Part shown: one piece after another, positions 30,184 to 40,085 of the stretch
Position numbering within the stretch: the first letter of the stretch is position 1
Layout of the letters: each line of letters begins with the position of its first letter
Assembly: GCA_019911865.1 (NCBI GenBank)
Contig: JAIOJQ010000328.1
Span: 1-45,792 of the forward strand
Source of the DNA: Thermoanaerobaculia bacterium
GTDB taxonomy: Bacteria; Acidobacteriota; Thermoanaerobaculia; Multivoradales; JAGPDF01
Reading direction: 5' to 3'
DNA length: 45,792 bases
Notes under the pieces: model-generated
Seen by the model: the letters and a program-made list of their open reading frames with translations, nothing else
Databases searched by the model: none
What the model was told of the DNA's origin: nothing
Program-made: the position numbers and the translations under genes

Positions 30184-33100
30184 GTGACCCGACCCGAAAC
30201 GAGCTCGCACGCCTCCGCGCCGCCGCTGCGGCGGCGCGCCACGTTTCGCCTCGTCGCGCTGATCTTCGTGCTCTCCGGCGCGGCGGCGCTCGTCTACCAG
30301 GTCGTCTGGACGCGCGCTCTCGGCCTCGTCTTCGGCAGCTCGCACCTCGCGGTGACGACCGTTCTCGCGGTCTTCATGGGCGGCCTCGCGCTCGGCGGCG
30401 CACTCTTCGGTCGCCGGGTAGGCAGCGAGCGCCGGCTGCTCCGGCTCTACGGCCGGCTCGAGCTCGGCATCGCCGCCGCCGCGCTCGGCTTCGCCCTGCT
30501 CGTGCGTGCCTATCCGCTCCTCTATGTCCCGCTCGCGCGCCTGGGCGAGAGCTCGCCCCTCTACCTCTCGATCCTGCGCGTCGGCTTCGCCGCCCTTCTG
30601 CTCCTGGTTCCCACGACGCTCATGGGCGGCACGCTGCCGGTCCTCGCGGCCTTCGTCGGCGGGCGCGGTCGGGAATTCGCGGCAAGGCTCTCGTTGCTGT
30701 ACGCGCTCAACACCTTCGGAGCGGTGCTCGGGGCCGGCGCGGCCGGATTCGTGCTCCTCCGCTTCTTCTCGGTCTCCACCAGCCTCGGCGTGGCGATCGG
30801 CATCAACGTCCTGCTCGGCTTCGCCTGCCTCGCGCTCGACCGGCGGTTGCCGTCCGCCGCCTCGCCGGAGCCCGAAGCCGCCACGCCCCCGGCGCCGGCG
30901 AGCCCCGTCGGCTCGCCGCGGCCCATTTCGGATCCTCTCCCTGGCCGCCTCGTGCTCTTCGGCGCCGGCGTCTGCGGCTTCGCCGCGCTCGGCTACGAGG
31001 TGCTCTGGACGCGCGTGCTCGGCATGGTGATCGGGGCGAGCGTTTACGGCTTCACCGTGATGCTGATGGCCTTCCTGACCGGCATCGCCCTCGGCAGCTC
31101 GGCCTACGGAGCCTGGAACCGCAAGCGGTCGGCACGAGTCGACCGCGGGCCCGATGCGGCGGTCCGCACCTTCGCGATCGTGCAGGTCGCCATCGGCGCC
31201 GCCGGTCTCGCGGTGACCGGCGCCTTGCGGGAGCTGCCGTCGCACGCCTACCAGCTCCAATGGTCGCTCCTCGGCGGACCCGCCCACGGCTTCGCGACCC
31301 GCCAGGCGATCGATTTCCTGCTCGCCTTTCTCTACGTGCTCGTACCGGCCTTTCTCTCGGGGCTCGCCTTCCCGCTCGCGGCGCGCATTCGCGCCGAGCG
31401 CGGTGGCGAGCCGGCCTGCGCGGTCGGCGAGACTCTCGCCGTGAATACCGTCGGCGCGATCGCGGGGGCGGCAGCGAGCGGCTACGTGCTGGTCCACCTG
31501 GTCGGCATCGAGCGCTCGCTCCAGCTCCTGTCGCTCGCTGTCGCGGGCTGCGGACTGGTCGTCGCGGCCAGCCTGCGCGGCCCCCGCCTCGCCGTCGCCG
31601 CCGCGGCGGCGATCGGTGTCGCCGCCCTCCTGCTCGCCTCCGCCGGCGACGCGCTGCGCTCCTGGGACCGGCGCTTCTTCGCCGTCTACCAGTCGAACCG
31701 GCCCGACAAGTTCTCGACCCCCGAGAAGACGCGCGACACCCTGCGCAACACCGACGTGCTCCACTACGCCGAGGGGGTGCAGGCGATAGTCAGCTCGATC
31801 AAGGTCAAGGGCGGCACCCAGTCGTTCATCACCAACGGCCGGATCGAGGCGACGGACAACCCGCCGGACCTCGCCTGCCAGTACACGCTCGGGCACCTGC
31901 CGATGCTCCTGCACCCCGAGCCGCGGAAGGTCTTCGTGCTCGGCACCGGCAGCGGCATGACGCTCGGCGCGACCGCCGCTCATCCCTCGGTCGAGCGCGT
32001 CACCCTCGCCGAGATCGAACCCGCCGTGCTCGGCGTCGCGCGCACTTTCGCCCGCTACAACCACGATGTTCTCGAGGATCCCCGTCTGCGCGTCGTGCTC
32101 AACGACGGCCGCAACTTCCTGCTCACGACGCGCGAGCGTTTCGATGTCATCACCGCCGACCCCATCCATCCCTGGTTCAGCGGCGCCGGCTACCTCTACA
32201 CGAAGGAGTATTTCGACCTCGCGTCATCACGGCTCGCGCCCGGCGGCGTGATGTGCCAGTGGCTGCCGATCTACGAGCTGGATGCCGCGAATCTGCGCTC
32301 CATCGTTCGCACCTTCCTGTCGAGCTTCGAGCACGTGCTCGTATGGCTCACCCACTACGACGCGCAGCTCGTCGGCAGCAATGCGGCCTTCCGGATCGAC
32401 GAGCGAGAGCTCGACCGCCGCATCGCCCAGCCGGCCGTTCGCGGCGACCTCGACCGCATCCAGATGGGCTCGGCCCGCGACCTGCTCGCCTTCTTCGCCT
32501 TCGGCCGGCCCGGGGCCGAGGCTTACTCGGCTGGCGCCCGCCTGAATACCGACGACAATCTCTATCTCGAGTTTTCCGCCCCGCTGTCCATGGAGGAGCC
32601 GGCGCTCATCGCCGAGAACTTCGCCGGCCTGGTCGCCCATCGGGAGAGCCTGCTGCCCTACCTCGCGCCCGCCGACGGGGAGGAGCGGAGCCGGCAGGAG
32701 GCGCGCGCGTCGGCGGCACTGACCGCCGCCCGCATCGCCGATCCGATCCGTCACCGTGAACTGGCCGGGGAGATCGGCCCGACGGAGGCCGCGCGACTCG
32801 CCGCCGAACTCGGCCCCGCCCTGGGGGACTACGGACCCTGGCGCTACCTGCTCGGCGAGTTCGCGCGCGACCGGGCCCAGGCGCCGCAGCTTCTCCGCCA
32901 GGTTTTCCTGCCAGCGGTCAAGCCCGGGGGCGCCGTGGAGCCGATCCGGCTCGGCGCGATAGCCCGGCGGATGACCGGGGTGATCACGACGCTCGACTTC
33001 GTCGACGGCCGCGACGGTCGCGTGCTGGCGCACCACGAGATCCTGGGAGGACCCGAAGGCGCGGCCGGCGAGCTCGTCGAAGCCGCGTTCCGGGACGTCC

Positions 33101-33243
33101 GGGAGGCCTACGCCGCCGAGCGCCGCGCGGCGAGCGCGCGCGGCGAGAGCGCGCCGGCCGAGGCCAGGCTCCTCGAGCGCCTCGCCGCGGTCCTCGGCAG
33201 CCGCCTCGCCCGGACGGACGACACCGGCCTTCCCGTTCGCTGA
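30184..33243 (+). CDS. Fused MFS-like membrane domain/spermidine synthase-like (SAM-binding) protein
   Basis: Motifs SGAAALVYQVVW, FMGGLALG, LYALNTFG, VLGTGSG, AEIEP, NDGRNFL, FDVITADP, QWLP, NTDDN. Confidence 0.92.
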   Translation: MTRPETSSHASAPPLRRRATFRLVALIFVLSGAAALVYQVVWTRALGLVFGSSHLAVTTVLAVFMGGLALGGALFGRRVGSERRLLRLYGRLELGIAAAALGFALLVRAYPLLYVPLARLGESSPLYLSILRVGFAALLLLVPTTLMGGTLPVLAAFVGGRGREFAARLSLLYALNTFGAVLGAGAAGFVLLRFFSVSTSLGVAIGINVLLGFACLALDRRLPSAASPEPEAATPPAPASPVGSPRPISDPLPGRLVLFGAGVCGFAALGYEVLWTRVLGMVIGASVYGFTVMLMAFLTGIALGSSAYGAWNRKRSARVDRGPDAAVRTFAIVQVAIGAAGLAVTGALRELPSHAYQLQWSLLGGPAHGFATRQAIDFLLAFLYVLVPAFLSGLAFPLAARIRAERGGEPACAVGETLAVNTVGAIAGAAASGYVLVHLVGIERSLQLLSLAVAGCGLVVAASLRGPRLAVAAAAAIGVAALLLASAGDALRSWDRRFFAVYQSNRPDKFSTPEKTRDTLRNTDVLHYAEGVQAIVSSIKVKGGTQSFITNGRIEATDNPPDLACQYTLGHLPMLLHPEPRKVFVLGTGSGMTLGATAAHPSVERVTLAEIEPAVLGVARTFARYNHDVLEDPRLRVVLNDGRNFLLTTRERFDVITADPIHPWFSGAGYLYTKEYFDLASSRLAPGGVMCQWLPIYELDAANLRSIVRTFLSSFEHVLVWLTHYDAQLVGSNAAFRIDERELDRRIAQPAVRGDLDRIQMGSARDLLAFFAFGRPGAEAYSAGARLNTDDNLYLEFSAPLSMEEPALIAENFAGLVAHRESLLPYLAPADGEERSRQEARASAALTAARIADPIRHRELAGEIGPTEAARLAAELGPALGDYGPWRYLLGEFARDRAQAPQLLRQVFLPAVKPGGAVEPIRLGAIARRMTGVITTLDFVDGRDGRVLAHHEILGGPEGAAGELVEAAFRDVREAYAAERRAASARGESAPAEARLLERLAAVLGSRLARTDDTGLPVR

Positions 33244-33256
33244 AGCGACGGCGTGC

Positions 33257-34219
33257 TCAGCGGGGCGGCGCCGGCGCGGCGCCGAGGCCGCCGTAGACCT
33301 GGACGCGGCCATCGGCCGATTGCGCCACGTAGGCGCGGCCCGCGGGGTCGAGCGCGAGGTCGTAGGGGAAGTAGAGCCAGCCCGGGGCGTCGCCCAATCC
33401 GAGGTGTTCCGACAGGCATTCGTTGTCCGCGATCCGCCAGCGCGTCACCATCATGCGCTGGGCGTCGAGCACGACCACGTGCCCTTCGGTATCCAGCGCG
33501 GCAGCGGTGGGATAGCCGAGGTGGAGCGGGCCCGAGCCGCGCACACCGACGCCGCCGACCCGCGCGCCCTCGAGCGTGTAGACGAGCACCCGTCCGCGCA
33601 GCGGGATCGTGACCACGACGCGGTCGCCCGAGACGTCGACGTGGCCGGGCGCCCATTCGGACCGCTCGTCCTCGGGATCCTCGGCGCCGAGGTCGATGCC
33701 GCCGAGGACGTGGCCGTCGCGGTCGGCGATCCAGACCTTCGAGTTGGCGCCGTCGGCGAGGAAGATCCGATCGCCGTCGAGCGACAGCGCGACCGAGCCG
33801 AGCGCGGGCGGCACGCTCCCCTCCGGCAGGTCGACGATCGGCACCTCGCGCCGGAAGCGACCGTCGAAGTCGATCTCGACGAGCGCCAGCCCCGGACCGC
33901 GGCGCGCGAGGACGAGGAGAAAGCCTTCGGGGTCGACCGCGAGATCCTCGGGCGACGCGAGCTCCTCGCCGCCCAGGATCTGCGCCTCGAACTGGCCCTC
34001 GCGGTCGAAGATCAGGATCCGGCTCGTCCGCGGGTCGCAGACGAAAACCTCGCCGGTGTGGGGATCCGCCGTCACGCAGTTGCCGTAAGCGATGTCGTCG
34101 CCGGCGACCGGCAGGCTCAAGCGCCCGAGGTAGCGCACCTCGGCCGCCGAAACCGTGGCGGGCGACGCCAACACGACGAGGAGCGCCGCGAGAGTGCGGA
34201 GCAGGACCCGGCCGGTCAA
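33257..34219 (-). CDS. Secreted NHL-repeat beta-propeller protein
   Basis: Signal peptide. Repeats SPEDLAVD, YPTAAALD, FPYDLALD. Confidence 0.85.
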   Translation of the reverse strand: MTGRVLLRTLAALLVVLASPATVSAAEVRYLGRLSLPVAGDDIAYGNCVTADPHTGEVFVCDPRTSRILIFDREGQFEAQILGGEELASPEDLAVDPEGFLLVLARRGPGLALVEIDFDGRFRREVPIVDLPEGSVPPALGSVALSLDGDRIFLADGANSKVWIADRDGHVLGGIDLGAEDPEDERSEWAPGHVDVSGDRVVVTIPLRGRVLVYTLEGARVGGVGVRGSGPLHLGYPTAAALDTEGHVVVLDAQRMMVTRWRIADNECLSEHLGLGDAPGWLYFPYDLALDPAGRAYVAQSADGRVQVYGGLGAAPAPPR

Positions 34220-35133
34220 CGGCCACTTCCGATCACGTCGAAGAGCTGGGCGCGACCGTTGCCGCCGTCGGAGACCAGCAGGGCACCGTTGGGCAGGCGC
34301 GCGAGCGCGTCCGGGAAGTAGAGCTGGCCCGGCTCCCAGCCTTTGCCGCCGCCGAGGCCGAGCAGCTGGCCCTCGCCGTCGAGGACGACGACCCGGTGCT
34401 GATGGCGGTCGAGGACGAAGAGGCGACCGCCGGGCTCGGCCACGATCCCCGCGGGCCAGAGCGGCACCGGGCTCTCCGAGGGCACCCGCATCCGCCCTGC
34501 GGGTCGGCCCTCCGCGTCGAAGCGCTCGAGCGCGCCGCGCTCGCCGATGCCGACCCAGAAGCCGCCGGCGCCGTCGCTCGCGAGCGCGGTGACGTTGCCC
34601 GCGATCGCGGCCCGAGCGACGACGGACGACCCCTGGAGCTTGGCGACCCGCCCGCGGCGCGCGTCCCAGACCAGCAGGCCGCCGTCCGAGGACTCCGCGA
34701 TGCGGCCGGCGACGATGCCGTCCGGCAGCGCCAGCTTGCGCGGCTCCTCCGCCGATGCGCCGCCGCGCACCGCCAGGAGCTCGGAGCCGGCGCCGCGCAG
34801 CACGGCGAGATACTCCCCGCCCACGAACGCCAGCGCGGCGGGCGGCGCCGGCAGGGCGACCTCGCGGCGCAGCGGCCAGCCGGATCCGACCCGGTGGAGA
34901 ATCAGCAGACGGTTGCCGTGCGCGTCGGCGACCGCGATCTCGTCGGCGCCGCCCACTGCCACCGCGACCGGCCAGCGCAGCGGGCGCTCGGCCGGTCCGT
35001 CGACCACCGCGGCGTAGCGCAGCAGGCGCTGGGCGAGCTGCTGGGTGAGGGCGGGCGCGGCGATCGCGACGACGAGCGCGAGCGCGATGGCGAGCGGGCG
35101 GCCGCCGCGCCGGGCGAGGCTTCGGGCGGGCAT
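34216..35133 (-). CDS. Secreted NHL-repeat beta-propeller protein
   Basis: Signal peptide. Repeats WPVAVAV, WPAGIVA, GQLYFPDALA, VSDGGNGRAQLF. Confidence 0.82.
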   Translation of the reverse strand: MPARSLARRGGRPLAIALALVVAIAAPALTQQLAQRLLRYAAVVDGPAERPLRWPVAVAVGGADEIAVADAHGNRLLILHRVGSGWPLRREVALPAPPAALAFVGGEYLAVLRGAGSELLAVRGGASAEEPRKLALPDGIVAGRIAESSDGGLLVWDARRGRVAKLQGSSVVARAAIAGNVTALASDGAGGFWVGIGERGALERFDAEGRPAGRMRVPSESPVPLWPAGIVAEPGGRLFVLDRHQHRVVVLDGEGQLLGLGGGKGWEPGQLYFPDALARLPNGALLVSDGGNGRAQLFDVIGSGR

Positions 35134-36404
35134 CACTGGTTCCTCCTCGCCATCGATTTGTGGCAACTGACGCAGAGATCGGTCACCTCCCCGGCGTGGA
35201 GGTACTTGGGGTAGGGCGCCTCGTGGATCGCGTGACAGGAGCCGCAGTCCATCGGCGCTCCCGAGCGCGGATCGAGCTTGTCCTCGCCGAGGGGATGGCT
35301 GACCCCGTGCTGGTGGGAGTGGCAACTGCTGCAGACCGCGACCGGATCGTCGACGAACAGGCGCGGCTGCCCGGCGCCGTGCGGCGCGTGGCAGGTGGTG
35401 CACGAGACCTGCCCCGCGTGCAGGGCGAAGCGCCCGGGCTGCCGGGAGGCGGCGCCGCCCGGATCGTGACAAGCGAGGCAGGTCGCCTCCTCCTTGCGCT
35501 GGAGGATCGCCGCGCCCTCCCCCGCGTGCGGGTTGTGGCAGTCGGTGCAGCGCCCGCCCGCCGCCGAGACGTGGCCGAAGCGCGCCTGGCGCGACTCCTC
35601 GACCTGGTCGGCGTGGCAGTCGCCGCACAGCTCGTCCTCGGGCTTGACCAGGGCGAAAGGGCGCTCCGCGGAGCTCGCGACGTGACAGGTCGAGCACGTG
35701 CCGCTGCCGAACGGCTCGTGGACGATCTGCCGGAGCAGTCCGGGCCGATCCGAGGCGTGCGGATCGTGGCAGGTCGCGCATTCGGCCTTCTCGACCGGGT
35801 AGCCGCCGTGAATCGACCGGAAGCGGGCGTCGACGGCGTGGCAGCTCGTGCACGAGGCGCCCGGCTTGATCAGCCCCGGCGTGTCGCTGGCGTGCGCCTC
35901 GTGACAGGTCGCGCACCGGCCTTGCGCGAACGGCGCGTGCGGGGACTTGCGCTGCTGCCACTCCGCGACGTCGACGTGGCACTCCTGGCAGAGCTCGGTC
36001 GCCGGCCGCGCGAGGAGGCCGGCGAAGGGGGCACCGTGCGCGGAGTGACAGATGGCGCAGCGCGCCTCCGCGACCGGCGCATGGACCACCTTGCGCGCCA
36101 GCTGGGCGGTAACGTCTTCGTGGCAGCGCGCGCACAGCGGCCCGGGCTGATCGAGGAGCAGGCCCTCGAGGCGGGAGACGTGGGGGTTGTGGCACGCGGA
36201 GCAGTCGCCCTCCGCGGCGGGCGGATGCTTCACCTTCGCCGCCAGCGCGTCCGCCAGGTCGTGGCACTCGAGGCAGACCTTGAGCTCGTCGACCTCGGCC
36301 GCCTGCGGCGCCCCGGCGGCGAACGCCGCCGTTCCGATCATTGCGAGCGCCGGAGCTCCGAGCAGCGCGAGCGTCGCGAGCGCGATCCGGATCGGAGCGT
36401 TCAT
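35133..36404 (-). CDS. Periplasmic multiheme cytochrome c, 16 CxxCH
   Basis: Start MNAPIRI at 36404, signal peptide, 16 CxxCH in paired CxxCHxPH...LCxxCH units. Confidence 0.93.
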   Translation of the reverse strand: MNAPIRIALATLALLGAPALAMIGTAAFAAGAPQAAEVDELKVCLECHDLADALAAKVKHPPAAEGDCSACHNPHVSRLEGLLLDQPGPLCARCHEDVTAQLARKVVHAPVAEARCAICHSAHGAPFAGLLARPATELCQECHVDVAEWQQRKSPHAPFAQGRCATCHEAHASDTPGLIKPGASCTSCHAVDARFRSIHGGYPVEKAECATCHDPHASDRPGLLRQIVHEPFGSGTCSTCHVASSAERPFALVKPEDELCGDCHADQVEESRQARFGHVSAAGGRCTDCHNPHAGEGAAILQRKEEATCLACHDPGGAASRQPGRFALHAGQVSCTTCHAPHGAGQPRLFVDDPVAVCSSCHSHQHGVSHPLGEDKLDPRSGAPMDCGSCHAIHEAPYPKYLHAGEVTDLCVSCHKSMARRNQ

Positions 36405-38332
36405 CGTGCACCTCCCGCGGCCGCCCCGTCGGTATGGCAGGTGTCGCACGCCCTCTCCGCGAACGGCGGGTGGGCGACCGGCAGCAGCAGACCCCCCTCC
36501 TTCGCGGCGTGCGGATCGTGGCAGCTGCCGCAATCGAGCGTCTTCGCCGGCAACCCGAGGTGCGCCGCGGCGAAGTCCCTGCCGTCGCCGGGATGACAGC
36601 TCAGGCAGCCTTCGGCGACCGGCTGCCGGAGCAGCGAGGGCTGCGGCGCGACGTGCGGCGAGTGGCAGTCGATGCACCCCTCCGGCTCGGCGGCCGGCGG
36701 GTGCGCCACCTGCTGGTCGATCGCCTGCTCGACCGCCGTGTGGCACGAGCCGCAGAGCGGCCGCACCGGCGCGCGCAGGAACGCCCGCGTGGCGCTGGCG
36801 TGCGGCTGGTGGCAGGCGGTGCACGAGCGACCCGCGCCCTCGTGGGTGGAGCCGCCGACCGGCGCCTCGACCTTGACGTCGTGGCACTCGGCGCACAGCC
36901 GCGCGGTCGGCGCGGTGAGCAGCGCCGGCACCGCGGCCGCGTGCGGCAGGTGGCAGCTCGCGCAGTCGCCGTCGGCGAAGGGCGGGTGCTGCGGCAGGCC
37001 GTCCGCCGCCCGCATCTCAACCTCGTGGCAGGTCGCGCAGAGCTCCTTGCCCTGGGCGACCAGCAGGTTCGCGCCGCCCGCGTGGGGCTCGTGGCACGAC
37101 GAGCAGGCGCCGGTGGCGACCGGCTGGTGGACGACCGGCAGACCCGAGCGGGTGCCGATCTCGCCGTGGCAGTTGCCGCACAGCGCGTCCTGGTCGCGGA
37201 CCAGTATCGCCTTGCGCCCGGTGCCGTGCGGATCGTGACACTCCGAGCACTCGCCGCGCGACGGCTCGTGGACGACGGCGGCCCCGGCTCCGACCGGGTC
37301 CTCGTGGCAGCTCACGCAGAGCGCGCGCGGCTCCTCGCGCAGCAGCCCCGCGACCTGGCTCTGGTGGCCGGCGTGACACGCCGTGCAGTCGCTCGCGGCC
37401 GGGTGGGGCGCCGGCAACGCCATCGCCTTCGCCACGTCGCCGTGGCAGCTCGTGCAGAGCTCGGCGGGCGCCGCGCGGAGCAGCGCGGGGTGGTCCGTCG
37501 TGTGCGCGTCGTGGCACGCGAGGCAGTCGCCGCGCAGCACCGGCCCGTGCACCGAGGGCGCCGAGCCGGCTTCGACCGCGGCGTGGCAGTCGAGACAGAC
37601 CCGCGCGCCACCGGCCGGCTTGCCGGACCCTCCTTCGTGGCAGCTCGTGCAGTCCATCTCCGGGTGGATCGCGACGCCGAGCAGCCCCGCGCGCGCGCCG
37701 CTGTGCGGCCGGTGGCAGCTCGCGCAGTCGGTGCCGGCGACCGCCATCCCCGCGTGCGCGCCAGCCCAGCCGTCCGCGCTCGCGTGGCAGCCCGCGCAGA
37801 GCGCGTCGCCCGCCTGGAGCAGCTGCTTCGGGTGCGCGCTGCCGTGGGGCGAGTGGCACGACGAGCAGCCCTCGGCGGCCGGCGGGTGCGGCACCTCGCC
37901 GTCGAGCCCGGCGGCGGCGTGACAGCCGGCGCAGAGCTCGCGCTCGGGCAGGACGAGCAGCGCCTTCTGGTTCGAGCCGTGCGGATCGTGGCAGGACGAA
38001 CACTGCTCGACCCCGGGGTGCCGGTGCTCGGCCTTCGTCCCGAGCTTCGACACGTCGTGGCAGGACAGGCAGAGAGCCGGCTCGTTCTCGGTCAGGCGCA
38101 GAGCACCGACCAGCCCGTGCGGCTTGTGGCAGGAGTCGCAGCCCTCGGCGAGCGGCGCGTGCGGCACCCGGACGTCCTTGCCGACGTCGGAGTGGCAGGA
38201 GGTGCAGGTGGAGCCCTGCTCGAAGCGGCCGCCGCGCTTGAGCTGCGCGTCGGCGCGTGGCGCGAGAGCGAGCCCGCCGAGGCCGGCGAGAGCTGCCGCG
38301 AGCGCGAGAGCCCGGATCGGTTGGGTGGTCAT
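36401..38332 (-). CDS. Periplasmic multiheme cytochrome c, 26 CxxCH
   Basis: Signal peptide and 26 CxxCH motifs counted in the translation. Confidence 0.95.
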   Translation of the reverse strand: MTTQPIRALALAAALAGLGGLALAPRADAQLKRGGRFEQGSTCTSCHSDVGKDVRVPHAPLAEGCDSCHKPHGLVGALRLTENEPALCLSCHDVSKLGTKAEHRHPGVEQCSSCHDPHGSNQKALLVLPERELCAGCHAAAGLDGEVPHPPAAEGCSSCHSPHGSAHPKQLLQAGDALCAGCHASADGWAGAHAGMAVAGTDCASCHRPHSGARAGLLGVAIHPEMDCTSCHEGGSGKPAGGARVCLDCHAAVEAGSAPSVHGPVLRGDCLACHDAHTTDHPALLRAAPAELCTSCHGDVAKAMALPAPHPAASDCTACHAGHQSQVAGLLREEPRALCVSCHEDPVGAGAAVVHEPSRGECSECHDPHGTGRKAILVRDQDALCGNCHGEIGTRSGLPVVHQPVATGACSSCHEPHAGGANLLVAQGKELCATCHEVEMRAADGLPQHPPFADGDCASCHLPHAAAVPALLTAPTARLCAECHDVKVEAPVGGSTHEGAGRSCTACHQPHASATRAFLRAPVRPLCGSCHTAVEQAIDQQVAHPPAAEPEGCIDCHSPHVAPQPSLLRQPVAEGCLSCHPGDGRDFAAAHLGLPAKTLDCGSCHDPHAAKEGGLLLPVAHPPFAERACDTCHTDGAAAGGAR

Positions 38333-38351
38333 GAGATCGACGTCCAGAGCC

Positions 38352-40085
38352 TCAGCCGCCGTGACCGGGAACCGCCGGCGCCTCCTCCGGCGCCGTCGGC
38401 AGGATCTCGAAGCGGGCGAGAGCCGCCTGGTCGATCCAGATCTCGGAGCGCTCGCGGAGCTTGGCGATCACCTCGTCGATCCGCGCCACGACCTCCTGGT
38501 TCTCGAGCTTCGCCTTGACGTTGCCCGAGACGGCCTCGAACGGATAGTGGTCCTGCTCCTCGTAGACGTCGACCTGGAGGAGCACCCAGCCGTTCGGGCT
38601 CTCCCTGGGGCCGAGAATGTCGCCCTTGCGCGCGTCGAGGAGATCCTCGCGGAAATTGAGCAGGCCCTCGGTCGCCAGCACCCAGCCGCGGTCGCCGCCG
38701 GCCTCCTTGTAGGAGTCGGTCGAGTTCTGGCGGACGAGCCAGGCGAACTCCGCGCCGCCCTTTGCCAGGCCGGCCAGCCGCTCGGCCTGCTCGCGGGTCG
38801 GCACCGTGAGCTGGAGCAGGTGCAATCGCGGCGGCTTGCGGAACTCGTCGCGGTGCTCGTCGTAGTAGGCACGCGCCTCGGCCGGAGTCACCTCGACCCC
38901 GGCGGCGACCGTCTCCTTGAGGTACTTCGAGGCGAGATGGCTGAGCTCGAGCGCATGCAGCTCGCGCCTCACCTTCGGCGTGTCGCCATAGCCGCGGCGC
39001 AGGCCCTCGGCGATCAGCATCTCCTCGAAGATCAGCTCGTCGAGAACGCCCGGCTTGTATTCGGCGGCGAGCACCGGGTTGGTGACTCCCGACCAGGCCG
39101 TGCCGAGCCGGCCGGCAAGCTCCTTGATGGTCAGCGTGCGGCCGGCGAGCCGCGCCACGGCGCGCTCGGGATCGGCGAACCTGGGCAGCAGCTTGCCGTC
39201 GTGCATGCGCTGAACCTCGATCGACTCGTAGGCCGCCCAGTCGACCTCCAGGCCGAGCGACGGCTCGAGCCGCTCGACGAGCGCCTTGCGGAGCGCGAGC
39301 TCCTGCCGGTGGCGGAGCTCGACCAGGACCCGGCGGGTCCGCTCGGCGAACTTTTCGGGATCGGCCGGCTCGACCTTCACCAGCCGGGCGAGGGTCCAGC
39401 CCCATGGCGTCGCGAGCGGCGCCGAGAGCGCGCCGGGCTCGCTCGTCTTGGCGAACTCGAGCAAGGACTGGTGGAGGTCGGTGAAGGCCGTGTTCATTCG
39501 GCCGCCGCGCCCGGCGTAGGGATCCTGGGAGTCGGTCCCGGCCAGCTCCGCCCAGGCCTCCTCGCCGGCCGGTTCGAGCTTCGCTCGCAGCGCCTCGAGC
39601 TCGGCCCGGTCGCGCCGGGTGAGGATCCGGAGCGTCGCGAACCGGTAGACGTCCGCGTAGACTTCGCGCGCCTTCGGCTCGGAGAAATCGAGCCGCGCCA
39701 GGATCTCCTCGCGGAAGACCTCGCCACGCGCCTTCGACTCGCGGCGCGCCACGAGCTTGCGCGCGAGCTGCGGATCCGCGTCCATCTCGAGTGTCCGCGC
39801 CTCCTGGGCGAGGAGGGTGTCGTTGACCAGGCGGAACATCAGCTGCTCGAGGTCGAAGCGTGACCGCTGCCGAACCTGCTGGGAGCGGTGGATCTCCTCG
39901 AGGACGATCTCGATGTCCTCGCTGTAGAGCGCTTCGCCGTTGACGCGGGCAACGACGGTCGAGCCGGCGTCGGGGGGATCGAGCTCCTGCCCGACGCCCG
40001 GCAGCGGCGCGGCGAGCAAGGCGAGGGCAGAGAGCCAGCGGACGGGTCGCGCCGCACGGCGCGCCCGCGGTGGTGAAGTGCGCAT
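38352..40085 (-). CDS. Parvulin/PpiC-type (SurA/PrsA-like) peptidyl-prolyl isomerase with two rotamase-like modules
   Basis: Start MRTSPP at 40085. Motifs VVARVNGE, EARAYYDEHRDEF, FAWLVRQNSTD...GGDRGW, GPRESPNGW. Confidence 0.85.
   Translation of the reverse strand: MRTSPPRARRAARPVRWLSALALLAAPLPGVGQELDPPDAGSTVVARVNGEALYSEDIEIVLEEIHRSQQVRQRSRFDLEQLMFRLVNDTLLAQEARTLEMDADPQLARKLVARRESKARGEVFREEILARLDFSEPKAREVYADVYRFATLRILTRRDRAELEALRAKLEPAGEEAWAELAGTDSQDPYAGRGGRMNTAFTDLHQSLLEFAKTSEPGALSAPLATPWGWTLARLVKVEPADPEKFAERTRRVLVELRHRQELALRKALVERLEPSLGLEVDWAAYESIEVQRMHDGKLLPRFADPERAVARLAGRTLTIKELAGRLGTAWSGVTNPVLAAEYKPGVLDELIFEEMLIAEGLRRGYGDTPKVRRELHALELSHLASKYLKETVAAGVEVTPAEARAYYDEHRDEFRKPPRLHLLQLTVPTREQAERLAGLAKGGAEFAWLVRQNSTDSYKEAGGDRGWVLATEGLLNFREDLLDARKGDILGPRESPNGWVLLQVDVYEEQDHYPFEAVSGNVKAKLENQEVVARIDEVIAKLRERSEIWIDQAALARFEILPTAPEEAPAVPGHGG

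Noticed and set aside
35133-38332. Repetitive DNA (gtggcag... motifs) as a possible CRISPR array or tandem repeat
   Set aside because: Explained by recurring CxxCH codons. There are no identical repeats with spacers and no cas genes.
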